Shown: positions 17,658 to 28,013 of the stretch, one piece after another
How positions within the stretch are numbered: the stretch's first letter is position 1
How the letters are laid out: each line of letters opens with the position of its first letter
NCBI GenBank assembly: GCA_023411645.1
Contig: JAEYON010000055.1
Location: 17,118-81,117, forward strand
Direction: 5' to 3'
Length of the DNA stretch: 64,000 bases
Source of the DNA: Bacillota bacterium
GTDB lineage: Bacteria > Bacillota > Clostridia > Acetivibrionales > DTU013
Made by a program: the position numbers and the translations under genes
Notes under the pieces: model-generated
Told to the model about the DNA's origin: nothing
Seen by the model: only the letters and a program-made list of their open reading frames with translations
Databases searched by the model: none

Positions 17658-19184
17658 ATGAGGATAACCGACATGAAAAACTGCTCATTGCAGATGAAGG
17701 ACATTGTAAAATCGTATAATGGTGTTACGGTATTAAAGGGTGTCAGTCTCAATGTGCGACAGGGCGAAATCCACGCACTGTTAGGCGAAAACGGGGCGGG
17801 CAAGACGACATTAATGAATATTCTGGGCGGAGTTATTCCTAAGGACTCCGGCAATATTGTTCTGTTTGGAAATGATGTGAAGATTTCTTCACCGGCAGAA
17901 TCACAGGCGCTTGGAATAGCATTTATTCACCAGGAGTTGAATGTGGTAAATGACCTGACGGTTTATGAAAATATGTTCCTGGGCCGCGAGATTTATACAA
18001 AATCAGGTTTTCTTGATGCAAAGAAGATGTGTGCGGAAACTACAAGGGTGTTTGAAAAAATGCGTGTTTCCATTGATCCAAAGAGGATGATGAGAGACCT
18101 GGAAACATCGTATAAGCAGGTAGTTGAGATAGCTAAAGCATTGCTGATGGAAGCAAAGCTCATCATAATGGATGAGCCGACCACCTCATTAACGCAGAAA
18201 GAAATTGATAATATATTCTCAATTATACGTAATTTGACGGTAGAACATGACGTAACAGTAATTTTTATCTCGCATAAGCTAGGTGAGGTTGTTGACTTTT
18301 GTGACAGTTATACGGTTCTGCGAAATGGTGAAAATGTATCGTCCGGCAGTATTGTGAAGGAGGATGGCACAAAGATCAGTCAAACGGATATTGCTCGTAT
18401 GATGGTTGGTCGTGATGTGCTCAGCCATCAGGTTTATGAGGAGCATCCGGTGGGGGATACCCTTTTGGAGGTCCGGGATCTGACGGTAGAAAATTGTGTT
18501 AAAGGCGTCAGCTTTCAATTAAGAGAAGGAGAGATCCTTGGTGTGACCGGATTGCTCGGAGATGGCAAGGATGAGATGGTACGAGCCATATTCGGCGATT
18601 TGCAGTATACAGGTAATATATATAAGCGCGGGAAAGAACTAAAGGTGAAACATCCCGTACACGCAAAAAAAATGGGAATAGGCTTTGTGCCGCCAAACCG
18701 AAAGGAAAATGCAATTATTAAGGACTTATCAATCCAGGATAATATTAATATTACGTCGCTGGAGAAGTGCTACGGTTATTGCGGACTTAGCAGCAAAAAA
18801 GAGCGGTCGATTGCAATAGAATATTGCGACAAGCTGCAAATAAAAATCGGACAGCTGATTCATAAAATCACCAGTCTGTCAGGCGGTAACCAGCAGAAAG
18901 TAGTGCTGTCCAAATGGCTCAATGCGAACCCGGATATCATGATTATGTCCAATCCGACGCAAGGTGTTGACGTTGGCGCAAAGAATGAGATTTATTCTTC
19001 AATCATGAAGCTTGCGAAACAAAAGATTGGTATCATTGTTACATCCGGAGAGGCGCAGGAAATTATTAAGTTATGTGATCGCGTACTTGTTATGTATCAT
19101 GGCGAGCTGCGCGGTGAATTGAAGCGTGAACAGCTTACAGAAGAGAACATTATGATTCTGTCCACAGGTGGCAGCTTAAACTGA
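17658..19184 (+). CDS. Sugar ABC-transporter ATP-binding protein with duplicated NBDs (RbsA/MglA-like)
   Basis: 508 aa. Walker A GENGAGKTT, a second NBD with the LSGGNQQK signature, and DEPT Walker B. Confidence 0.9.
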   Translation: MRITDMKNCSLQMKDIVKSYNGVTVLKGVSLNVRQGEIHALLGENGAGKTTLMNILGGVIPKDSGNIVLFGNDVKISSPAESQALGIAFIHQELNVVNDLTVYENMFLGREIYTKSGFLDAKKMCAETTRVFEKMRVSIDPKRMMRDLETSYKQVVEIAKALLMEAKLIIMDEPTTSLTQKEIDNIFSIIRNLTVEHDVTVIFISHKLGEVVDFCDSYTVLRNGENVSSGSIVKEDGTKISQTDIARMMVGRDVLSHQVYEEHPVGDTLLEVRDLTVENCVKGVSFQLREGEILGVTGLLGDGKDEMVRAIFGDLQYTGNIYKRGKELKVKHPVHAKKMGIGFVPPNRKENAIIKDLSIQDNINITSLEKCYGYCGLSSKKERSIAIEYCDKLQIKIGQLIHKITSLSGGNQQKVVLSKWLNANPDIMIMSNPTQGVDVGAKNEIYSSIMKLAKQKIGIIVTSGEAQEIIKLCDRVLVMYHGELRGELKREQLTEENIMILSTGGSLN

Positions 19185-19202
19185 TATATAGGAGAATGAA
19201 AA

Positions 19203-20180
19203 ATGCCTACTAAAACATCAAATCAGAGGTTAGCTTCTCTGAAACAATTTGCAAGTGAGAACAGCATCGTATTGATTGTCATTGCGATGATTATCGCGGC
19301 TACAGCTGCTGAAGGAACACAGTTTTTGTCGCTGCAGAACTTCATGAACATTTTGCGCAATCATGCTGTTATAGGCATTATTGCTTTAGGTATGGCGTTT
19401 GTAATCATATCGGGTAATATTGACTTATCAGTAGGCGCCCAGATGGTTGCTGTCGCCGCGCTTACAGTATCATTTATTAATAAGACCGGCAATGTGCCCG
19501 TTGGTATTCTGATTGCAGTGGTATCCAGCTGCACTATGTCTACAATTACCGGTATCATTGTTACAAAAGGCCATGTTCCTTCTTTTATCGTGACACTGGG
19601 TATGCAGTATATTTATCGCTCATTGAGCATGTTCTTTATGCAGGGCGGAGGATTTTACCTGGATAAGGTTAAGGCTCCATTTTACACGCAGATATCCAAT
19701 TATATGGTATTTGGGAAAATACCTATGCCTGTTATCTACTTTTTGCTGGTATTTGCAGCTTTATGGTTCGTTTCTAAATATACTCGTCTGGGACGCCATA
19801 TCTACGCAACGGGATCGAATGAGAAGGCAACACGTCTTTCAGGCATAAATACGGATAAAATCAAGATTCTGTCATTTACCTTATTGGGACTTGCTATAGC
19901 CATTGCTGCAGTAATCGAAAGCTCGCGCATGGGCTCGATCAACTCTACTTCTTCCGGTAATGCATACGAGCTGAACGCTATTGCAATGACTGTAATCGGC
20001 GGAATCTCAATGCAGGGTGGTAAAGGAAAGATCTCAGGCGCACTGTTTGGCATGCTGATCCTCGGTATAATCAACAACATGATCACGCTGCTCGGTGTCA
20101 ATGTATACCTGATCAATGCCTTTAAAGGCTTGATAATCATTGGTGCCGTATTGCTTCAGCGAAAGGATAGAGACCTTTAA
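19203..20180 (+). CDS. Sugar ABC-transporter permease (RbsC/AraH family)
   Basis: 325 aa, about 9-10 hydrophobic helices, with family-typical GNIDLSVG and TGSNEKATRLSGI blocks. Confidence 0.85.
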   Translation: MPTKTSNQRLASLKQFASENSIVLIVIAMIIAATAAEGTQFLSLQNFMNILRNHAVIGIIALGMAFVIISGNIDLSVGAQMVAVAALTVSFINKTGNVPVGILIAVVSSCTMSTITGIIVTKGHVPSFIVTLGMQYIYRSLSMFFMQGGGFYLDKVKAPFYTQISNYMVFGKIPMPVIYFLLVFAALWFVSKYTRLGRHIYATGSNEKATRLSGINTDKIKILSFTLLGLAIAIAAVIESSRMGSINSTSSGNAYELNAIAMTVIGGISMQGGKGKISGALFGMLILGIINNMITLLGVNVYLINAFKGLIIIGAVLLQRKDRDL

Positions 20181-20247
20181 TAAATAATGTATATAGTTTT
20201 GAAAGTTGTGAAGCATATAAAATAAATATTATTGGAGGGTTACTATC

Positions 20248-21105
20248 ATGAAGATCGGCATTGACAGCTATTGTTTTCACAGACTGTTCGGAGAAGTTTA
20301 TGATTTTCAGGAAAAACCTGAAAAGCTTTGGACAGTAGAGGACCTGCTTGATTTTGCAAAGAGACTGGATGTAGATGGCGTATCACTGGAAACCTGTTTT
20401 CTTCCGAGCCTCGATGACGGATACCTTAAGGAATTGGGTGCAAAGATTAAAGGAATGGGCTTTGATACCGTATTCGCATGGGGCCATCCCAATGGACTGG
20501 AACGCGGGCTGAATCCTGATGCTTTTGAAGAAATGAAAACCCTGATACCTAAAACTCGTCTGCTTGGAACAGATGTTATGCGAATCACAGGATCCGCATT
20601 TGACTGGCGTCATGAAAATCACCGTGATCATATCGCCCGCCTTGTTCCAATGTATAAAGAGGCGGCAAAGATTGCAGAGGCTAATGGTGTAAGACTTGCG
20701 ACAGAGAACCATATCGACTTTACAGCCGATGAAATGCTCGAGATGATCCAGGCAGTCAATTCCCCGAATTTTGGTATCAACTTTGATACCGGGAACTTCC
20801 TTCGTCTGTTGGATGATCCGATAGCGGGAATGGAAAAGCTTGCTCCATATGTATTCTCAACCCACATTAAGGACTTGAAGATGCATCCTACTGCAAAACC
20901 GACTGATTGGTATTTCTTCTGTGGAGTTCCTGTAGGCTTTGGGCTTGTAAACAATTACAAACTGGCCGAAATCCTTAGTAAAGCCGGTTATAAAGGCTTC
21001 CTTGCGGTTGAGATCGACGCTCCCGCTCCCGAGTGGCTGAACATGGAGGAAGAAGCAGTTGCAGTGAGTGTCAAGAATCTCAAGAAAATTGGCGCCAAAT
21101 TTTAA
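20248..21105 (+). CDS. Sugar phosphate isomerase/epimerase (xylose-isomerase-like TIM barrel)
   Basis: 285 aa. LATENH, NFDTGNF and HIKD metal-ligand strands. Confidence 0.75.
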   Translation: MKIGIDSYCFHRLFGEVYDFQEKPEKLWTVEDLLDFAKRLDVDGVSLETCFLPSLDDGYLKELGAKIKGMGFDTVFAWGHPNGLERGLNPDAFEEMKTLIPKTRLLGTDVMRITGSAFDWRHENHRDHIARLVPMYKEAAKIAEANGVRLATENHIDFTADEMLEMIQAVNSPNFGINFDTGNFLRLLDDPIAGMEKLAPYVFSTHIKDLKMHPTAKPTDWYFFCGVPVGFGLVNNYKLAEILSKAGYKGFLAVEIDAPAPEWLNMEEEAVAVSVKNLKKIGAKF

Positions 21106-21170
21106 TAGGGATCTGCCGACCCTTATCCGATAGCGGAAGAAAAATGATGATTGTTACGAGGGAAAAAGAT

Positions 21171-22343
21171 ATGAAAAAGAAGAAACTGAATGTCGCCATG
21201 ATTGGCGGCGGTTTTATGGGTAAGGCCCACAGCAACGCGTGGAAGCGCGTGAGTGAATTCTTTGATGCGGACTTTCAGCCGGTCCTGAAGGTCATAGCTG
21301 GTAACAAAACCCGGTTGGAGGATTTTGCAGAACGTTGGGGCTATGAAGAAGTCACATACGACTGGAAAACCGTCATGGAACGGGATGACATTGATATTGT
21401 TGATATTGGCACACCGACCTTCGAACACAAGGAAATGGTGATTGCAGCGGCAAAGGCAGGTAAACATATTGTTTGCGAAAAACCTTTTACCATCACCTAT
21501 GCCGATGCTCTTGAAATGGTCGCAGCAGTTGAAAAGGCCGGTGTTGTCCATTATTTGAATCACAACTATCGCAGAGCACCCGCTGTCTCATATGCAAAAA
21601 AGCTTATTGACGAAGGCAGAATTGGTACAGTATACCACTGGCGCGGTGCTTATCTTCAGGATTGGATTACGGATCCCAATTTCCCGCTATCCTGGCAATT
21701 GCGTAAGGAATATGCCGGAGGAGGACCATTATTCGATCTGACATCCCACGCGGTGGATCTGGCACGTTTTTTGATCGGAGAGCCTGAAGCAGTAACGGCC
21801 GTTAATAAAACGTTCATCAAACAGCGTCCGCTTCCCGGAGTTGGTGCAACAGCATTTACTTCAGGCACAGGCGTCAGCAAGACTGAAATGGGTAATGTGG
21901 AAGTAGATGATGCATCCTTTGCGATAACGGAGTTCAAAAACGGTGCGTTGGGCAGCATTGAATCCTCTCGTTTTGCTGTTGGCAGGAAGAATTACAATGA
22001 ATTTGAAGTGTATGGCAGCAAGGGAGCATTGAAGTTTAACCTTGAGCGTATGAATGAGCTTGAATTCTTTGATTTCACGGAACCTGGCGCAGAACAGGGT
22101 TACCGCCGTATACTGGTTACTGAGAGCGATCATCCTTACTTATCCGCTTGGTGGCCGTCAGGTCATATCATAGGGTACGAGCATACGTTTGTTAATGCCT
22201 TCTATGATTTCCTTGAAGCAATCGCCGGCAAGGATAACATCAAGCCTGATTTTAATGATGGCGCTCAGATTATTCGTATACTCGAAGCAATTAAAAAATC
22301 TAGTGATGAAGGCCGCAGAGTTCGTATAGAAGAAATCCAATAA
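21171..22343 (+). CDS. Gfo/Idh/MocA-family oxidoreductase
   Basis: The ORF track starts at 21033 and overlaps the previous gene. ATG 21171 (MKKKKLNVAMIGGGFMGKAH) has a GAGGG RBS. EKP motif VCEKPF. Confidence 0.85.
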   Translation: MKKKKLNVAMIGGGFMGKAHSNAWKRVSEFFDADFQPVLKVIAGNKTRLEDFAERWGYEEVTYDWKTVMERDDIDIVDIGTPTFEHKEMVIAAAKAGKHIVCEKPFTITYADALEMVAAVEKAGVVHYLNHNYRRAPAVSYAKKLIDEGRIGTVYHWRGAYLQDWITDPNFPLSWQLRKEYAGGGPLFDLTSHAVDLARFLIGEPEAVTAVNKTFIKQRPLPGVGATAFTSGTGVSKTEMGNVEVDDASFAITEFKNGALGSIESSRFAVGRKNYNEFEVYGSKGALKFNLERMNELEFFDFTEPGAEQGYRRILVTESDHPYLSAWWPSGHIIGYEHTFVNAFYDFLEAIAGKDNIKPDFNDGAQIIRILEAIKKSSDEGRRVRIEEIQ

Positions 22344-22358
22344 GAAATGGTACTTAAC

Positions 22359-22396
22359 TGGGAGGTGTGTCATTATGCACCTCCCAATTATTTATT
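22359..22396 (+). terminator. Rho-independent terminator closing the catabolic island
   Basis: TGGGAGGTG, 10 nt, CACCTCCCA, followed by ATTATTTATT. Confidence 0.7.
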
Positions 22397-22562
22397 AATG
22401 GCCATTTGCGAAGCAAATCCAGTTGCAATTGAAGGACTCGATGCTCAGGATGCATGAGCGGGCAGATGACGTAGTCATCAGCCAGCCCCGAGGCGTTAAT
22501 TAATTGTAGATTTACAATGATACACAAGACTCATGGTTGAAATTACTCAGGAGGGAGTCTAA

Positions 22563-24308
22563 ATGAATCGGATAAAAATATTGGAGTACATACAAAAGAA
22601 AGCTGTACAAAGGAAAGCTGCACATAAGAAAGGGTTGTCTCTGAGGATTAAGCTGATATCCGGTTATTTGATGATAGCGCTTGTTATGGGAGCGGTCGGG
22701 ATTATCGGACAGTTTATAATACTTGGATCAATGGAAAAATTAGACAATATGGTTGAGACGACTATTATTGGAAATACCATAATTTCTGACATGGATATCA
22801 TAATAAACAATACGGAGGGCTTTCTTTCAGAAAGAAAAGAGGAGCAGAAAGTTATTATAACAGACGCTCTTGATACCATAAATAATAATATTGCCAGGCT
22901 TTCCGACTGGACAACTGATGAAAAGTCCTTAAAATCACTGGATTCTATAAAAAGCATGATTACCCAGATCACAGAAAACGTGAATAAAATTTTGTCCATA
23001 AAGGATGGAGATGCGGTAGATGAGTACAGCGCTGCCGGGGTTGCAATCTCGAGAATGAGTCTGTTCTTAAAAACGGAAGTGAACGCTTACACTTCTACAG
23101 AATTGACCGTTCAAAAGACCGTCCGCGAGGATATATCGAAAATTGTTGCCCGAACGCAAGTAGTTATACCCGTTCTCTATATTCTGATTGCAATCGGAGC
23201 GGCCGTCATTGGTACAATCTATATCAGCAGTGTGACAAGGACCATTCGTCAGATTGCCGATGATGCCAGTCGAATTGCCGATGGTGATCTTACGGTGCCG
23301 GTAATTCAATTGAAAAGAAAAGACGACCTTCAGGTTTTGGCGAAAGCATTTGACCATATGCAGACGAATCTGAAGGATATAATAAAGAAAATCAGTGTGC
23401 TGGCCGGGGAAGTGTCTTCTTCAGCCGAAATCCTTAAGCTAGGTTCCGAGCAGAACTCAAAGGCAATCGAGCAGGTAGCTGCTTCGATTCAGGATGTGAC
23501 GACAGGAGCTTCTGAGCAGTCCGAGAAGGCACAAAACTCGGGTAATGTTATGAAGGACCTTGTTGATCGTATTCAGGAGATGTCGAACGACACTGATGTG
23601 GCGGCGGTTTCATCCGAACAGGCCAGCAACGTGGCACAAATCGGCAATGAAAAGGTGAGGCATCTAATATCACAGGTTTCGACGATTCGGGACCAGTTAT
23701 TGAAAACATCTGATTCTACAAACGAATTGAACATAAAGACCGGGAGAATTGGCCAAATACTTGAGACCATTGCTTCTATCGCAAGCCAAACCAATCTCCT
23801 TGCACTTAATGCGGCTATTGAGGCTGCAAGAGCCGGTGAGCACGGCCGCGGGTTTGCTGTAGTTGCTGAAGAGATACGTAAGCTTGCAGAAGCCTCAAAG
23901 CGTTCAACAGAGGAAATCACAGGCATGCTCAACGAGATCCGTGCGCAGACAAGAGATGTTTCTTTAAGTATGACAAACGGGATATCTGCAGTGAACACAG
24001 GCAAAGAAATGGCAGAAGAATCTGTGGAGAGTTTTAATGCGATTGTATCCACCAGTCTGGAATCAGGCAGTCGTATTTCATCTATTGCGGATAAAATAAA
24101 AGATATGATAAATCAAATAGGAAGGGTTTCCGAGCTGAGTCAGGATATCGCCGAGATATCCGGTCAGACGATGAACGGAACCGTTGAAGTGGCCGCAGTT
24201 ATTGAAGAGCAAACGGCAAACCAGCAGGAGGTGTATGCTTCCGCAGCACATCTGTCTGAGCTGTCAATGGATCTGAAGAAAATGATAGGGATGTTCAAAA
24301 CAAATTAA
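22563..24308 (+). CDS. Methyl-accepting chemotaxis protein (2 TM, extracellular helical sensor, HAMP, MA domain)
   Basis: 581 aa. Conserved signalling hairpin [37 protein letters not shown]. Confidence 0.9.
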   Translation: MNRIKILEYIQKKAVQRKAAHKKGLSLRIKLISGYLMIALVMGAVGIIGQFIILGSMEKLDNMVETTIIGNTIISDMDIIINNTEGFLSERKEEQKVIITDALDTINNNIARLSDWTTDEKSLKSLDSIKSMITQITENVNKILSIKDGDAVDEYSAAGVAISRMSLFLKTEVNAYTSTELTVQKTVREDISKIVARTQVVIPVLYILIAIGAAVIGTIYISSVTRTIRQIADDASRIADGDLTVPVIQLKRKDDLQVLAKAFDHMQTNLKDIIKKISVLAGEVSSSAEILKLGSEQNSKAIEQVAASIQDVTTGASEQSEKAQNSGNVMKDLVDRIQEMSNDTDVAAVSSEQASNVAQIGNEKVRHLISQVSTIRDQLLKTSDSTNELNIKTGRIGQILETIASIASQTNLLALNAAIEAARAGEHGRGFAVVAEEIRKLAEASKRSTEEITGMLNEIRAQTRDVSLSMTNGISAVNTGKEMAEESVESFNAIVSTSLESGSRISSIADKIKDMINQIGRVSELSQDIAEISGQTMNGTVEVAAVIEEQTANQQEVYASAAHLSELSMDLKKMIGMFKTN

Positions 24309-24351
24309 TTGCTACTTTTTATAATTAATAAGGGCCTGGAGAGATATTTAA

Positions 24352-25563
24352 ATGAAAACAAAATTGAGTATGGAATATCGTCTGTTTGCAGTACTTAGTT
24401 TCTGTGCATTTATTGTGTATGCGTTTTATGTTAATTCGTTTGGAACAAACGCCGGCATTATGATGGATTTCTTCCGGATGACTGAAAGCAGGCAAGGCTT
24501 TGTTATAACCATCCAGTCCATTGGCGGCATCGTTACAGCGATATGGCTTTCTCTCTTCGGTGAGAGGTACAACAAGATCCGTGTGATCGCAGCCTGTCTT
24601 GCTCTATTGGCGGCAGGCAGTTTGTTGATCGGATGTATTCCTGCCTGGCTGTCTGGCGGCGGAGGTTATTTTCTTCTATTGTTGTTTGTTATCCTCGCGG
24701 GAGTAGGGTATACGGGCATCGATGTCATGATGAACGGGGTCATAATGGAGACTTACCCTGACAACAAGGATACCTTGTTACCGACTGCTCATGCGTTTTT
24801 CAGTACTGGTGCAATGGTCGCTCCGATATTTGTAGCCACGCTCGTGGACACAGCGCGACCTTCTTCCTTTGCTTTGCCCTTTTTGGTTATCGGTATCATG
24901 ACAGCTTTAGTATTCGTGGCATATTCAACAGTAGGACGAAGGATAATGCCCACCACTCCGTATGCGAATTTACAGGAGGTCCGAAGCCGGGTCTCTGAGA
25001 ATCCCGCGGAAATATTTAAAAGTAAAAAAGCATGGTTTTTATTGCTTGCCTGCGGATTATATTTCAGTTTCCAGGTCGGATTATCGATCTGGATGCCAAC
25101 GTATTTTTTAAAGGAAAAGGGTTTTAGTTACCAATTGTCCGGGCTTGTGTCCACAATATTTTTCATGGGTGCTTTAGCGATGAGATTCTTATCTCCGATT
25201 CTTTTCAAAAGGATCTCTGTTGATAAATTTTACATTCTTACGGGCTTGCTTTCAGCAGTTTGCATGGTGGGCGCATTCATGATCAGTACCGTATCTGTGA
25301 TTACAGCGTTGGTCTTCGCCGGTGGGTTTTTCCAAGGCGCCCTAGTTGTTGCACTGGTTATCATCAGTTGTAACGAGTTTCCAACCAGAACAGCCTCAGC
25401 CTCTGCGATCACAGTGATAGCATTTAACCTTGCCGCCATGGTTGTCCCGCTTATAATCGGAGCCATGGCAGAAAGCCGCGGCTTCAGTATTCCTATGCTG
25501 ATTCTAATTGCTTGTCTGCTGTTCTCTGTATTCATAGTGTTTCTTGTTAAGCGCATTGACTAG
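24352..25563 (+). CDS. MFS transporter
   Basis: 403 aa, about 12 hydrophobic helices, with a central loop near aa 200-220. Confidence 0.8.
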   Translation: MKTKLSMEYRLFAVLSFCAFIVYAFYVNSFGTNAGIMMDFFRMTESRQGFVITIQSIGGIVTAIWLSLFGERYNKIRVIAACLALLAAGSLLIGCIPAWLSGGGGYFLLLLFVILAGVGYTGIDVMMNGVIMETYPDNKDTLLPTAHAFFSTGAMVAPIFVATLVDTARPSSFALPFLVIGIMTALVFVAYSTVGRRIMPTTPYANLQEVRSRVSENPAEIFKSKKAWFLLLACGLYFSFQVGLSIWMPTYFLKEKGFSYQLSGLVSTIFFMGALAMRFLSPILFKRISVDKFYILTGLLSAVCMVGAFMISTVSVITALVFAGGFFQGALVVALVIISCNEFPTRTASASAITVIAFNLAAMVVPLIIGAMAESRGFSIPMLILIACLLFSVFIVFLVKRID

Positions 25564-25692
25564 CTGACAGTATGTCAAAGTATCATAAAAAAATGGATGG
25601 ATTGTTATGTACTTTATTTACAATTAATGATAACATAGATATAGTTCATTTTTGTTTATCAATATACAGACACCCTGAGAGTATCAAGTTAA

Positions 25693-26823
25693 GTGCAGGG
25701 GATACTTGCTGTGGATATGAAAGATGCTAAAAAATCAATAAATATTTTGTGTGAGTATACTGACCGGGAGCTTGAGGCGGTCTATTTTGCTCAGGACATA
25801 TACGGGTCAAGAAAGTATCTGAAACCTCTTGTTCTTGTCTTTGGGGTACTTAATTCATTGTTTATGATTCCTGATATTTTATTTGCCGTTAATTCCGGAT
25901 CTATTTATACCATTGCAATTGCCAGAGTTACAACTCTGACGATTGCTGTTCTGCTTTTCTTTTTCATCAAACGTATAGGAAGTCCTTATACCATTTCCGC
26001 AATAATCTCCGCAGGCGAACTGCTCTGCTTCGGAACATTTTTACTTGTTTTCTGGGCGTATACGGAACCTGATTTGCTGATCCAGGTATTAGGACTTATT
26101 ATCAATATACTTGTGATTTTTCTCATTCCCAACCGGTGGATTTATATGTTAGGCATATCCGTGACCGGAGCTGTATGCTTTTTTCTGTCAGCGGCCGTGA
26201 AATTCGCCGAGGAACCTGATTGGAAGGCATTTTTTGCAGGTGTTGTATACACTGCCTTAGTTATTATTTTATCAGCATATTCCTCATACAGAATGAATTA
26301 TTACAGCAGGATTCATTATATGCTAAATCAGGAGCTTGAAAAAATGTCCGTTTCGGATCCGCTGACAGGTTTGATAAACAAGGTGAAACTTTACGAAGAG
26401 CTCCATATGTGGATGAATTTCTCACGCAGATATAAAACACCCCTTTCACTTGTCCTTTTCGATGTCGATAATTATAAGCACATCAATGATAAATATGGCC
26501 ATGTGGTTGGTGATGAAGTAATGGTCAGGATTGTCAAAATAATTAGTGCTATGATCCGGGAAACAGATGCATTCGCGCGTTGGGGCGGAGATGAATTTTC
26601 GATTATTATGCCCCATACAGGCAGGATGCAAGCACTTGAGATCACTGAGCGGTTAAGGAGAGAAATTGCCAGTACGGATTTTCTGCCGGACTTTCAGATC
26701 ACATGCAGCTTTGGCGTGGCCTCTCTCAATAGCCGCTTAGAGCAGATAGATCAATTTATTTGTGAGGCTGATAAGGCTCTGTACAAGGCTAAGAATTTGG
26801 GCAAGAATGTTGTAATGTATTGA
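25693..26823 (+). CDS. Membrane-anchored diguanylate cyclase (GGDEF) with an intact I-site
   Basis: 376 aa. About 6 N-terminal TM helices. GGDEF active site (RWGGDEFSI) with RETD five residues upstream (RxxD I-site). The start is uncertain (GTG 25693 or ATG 25717). Confidence 0.85.
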   Translation: MQGILAVDMKDAKKSINILCEYTDRELEAVYFAQDIYGSRKYLKPLVLVFGVLNSLFMIPDILFAVNSGSIYTIAIARVTTLTIAVLLFFFIKRIGSPYTISAIISAGELLCFGTFLLVFWAYTEPDLLIQVLGLIINILVIFLIPNRWIYMLGISVTGAVCFFLSAAVKFAEEPDWKAFFAGVVYTALVIILSAYSSYRMNYYSRIHYMLNQELEKMSVSDPLTGLINKVKLYEELHMWMNFSRRYKTPLSLVLFDVDNYKHINDKYGHVVGDEVMVRIVKIISAMIRETDAFARWGGDEFSIIMPHTGRMQALEITERLRREIASTDFLPDFQITCSFGVASLNSRLEQIDQFICEADKALYKAKNLGKNVVMY

Positions 26824-26864
26824 GTTATAATAACATAAAAATTACTTATTATGGAGGGACAACC

Positions 26865-27827
26865 ATGGTACAGCCGTATGATATGAGTCTTGATGAACTG
26901 AAGAGGTATAAGCCTGAGCTTACCAGACAACCGGACTTTGATGAATTCTGGGCATCGACAAAAAAAGAGCTGGGGGAAGTAGATCTTTACTGGCGGCTGA
27001 CGCCATATCAGTATCCGGCTAAGGGCGTCAATGTGTATAGGATCACCTTCAAAGGGTTTATGAATGCGCAAATTGATGGTTGGTTTGCAATTCCTGTTGG
27101 AACGGAGAAATACCCAGGAATAGTTGCCTACCATGGTTATAATTGGGCGATGGACGGATGCATTCATGATACTGTCAATATGGCGCTGCATGGGTACGCA
27201 GTCCTGCAGATGCTCGTACGCGGGCAGCAGGGCAATAGTGTTGATAATGTTATCACATCTCATGGAAATAATGCAGGCTGGATGGCCAAGGGTATTCTGT
27301 CAAAGGAAGAATACTATTACCGGGCTGTTTATATGGATAGTGTGCGTGCTGTAGAAGTACTTGCAGATATGGATTGTGTTGATAAGAACAGGATTGGTGT
27401 GATGGGGGGCAGCCAGGGAGGAGCTTTGACTCTTGCCACCGCGGCTCTTTCAGATATACCAAAGGTTGCAGTTGCGATTTATCCTTATCTGTGCCATTTC
27501 AACAGGGCAATAGATATTACTCCGCAAATGCCCTATGGCGAAATCAATGATTTTTTCCGAAGAAATTCTGATCCAGCTATTGAGGAAAGGGCAAAGAGAA
27601 CCCTTTCATATTTCGATATCATGAATCATGCCGGAAACATCAAGTGTCCTGTTCTGATAGCATCCGGCCTGGTGGATGAAATTACGCCACCGTCTACAAT
27701 ATTTGCGGCATACAATCACATGAGCTGTCCAAAGGATATCGCCGTATTCCGGTACTTTGGCCATGAACATATACCCGGCTTTGTAGAGAAGCATCTCGGT
27801 ATGCTTATGAAGCATCTGCAGCCTTAG
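26865..27827 (+). CDS. CE7 acetyl-xylan esterase / cephalosporin-C deacetylase
   Basis: The ORF track starts at TTG 26820. ATG 26865 has GGAGGGA upstream. GGSQGG nucleophile elbow and RGQQG oxyanion motif. Confidence 0.85.
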   Translation: MVQPYDMSLDELKRYKPELTRQPDFDEFWASTKKELGEVDLYWRLTPYQYPAKGVNVYRITFKGFMNAQIDGWFAIPVGTEKYPGIVAYHGYNWAMDGCIHDTVNMALHGYAVLQMLVRGQQGNSVDNVITSHGNNAGWMAKGILSKEEYYYRAVYMDSVRAVEVLADMDCVDKNRIGVMGGSQGGALTLATAALSDIPKVAVAIYPYLCHFNRAIDITPQMPYGEINDFFRRNSDPAIEERAKRTLSYFDIMNHAGNIKCPVLIASGLVDEITPPSTIFAAYNHMSCPKDIAVFRYFGHEHIPGFVEKHLGMLMKHLQP

Positions 27828-27838
27828 AGCTGCAGATG
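27813..27838 (+). terminator. 10-bp stem-loop overlapping the esterase stop codon
   Basis: CATCTGCAGC, 6 nt, GCTGCAGATG. The U-tract is poor. Confidence 0.4.
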
Positions 27839-28013
27839 CATTGATATAAAATCCTGTTTTAAACCTGTGTTGCTTTGATTCGTTTTGCAGACTGCGTCGT
27901 TTTCATTCGTTTCGTGGTCTGCATTTCTTTACGTCTAATGAATTTGACAATGTTTCTGTTTCAGTTATACTAGAGCTGTTGCGCAAATAATACTTGACGG
28001 AATGGTGATCTGA

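Noticed and set aside
21033-21170. Upstream start (21033) for the second Gfo/Idh/MocA gene, and similar long N-terminal extensions at 26820, 32088, 38103, 42413, 49805, 50636 and 60946
   Set aside because: The extensions overlap the preceding gene or lack an RBS. Internal ATG codons with good Shine-Dalgarno spacing give N-termini typical of each family.
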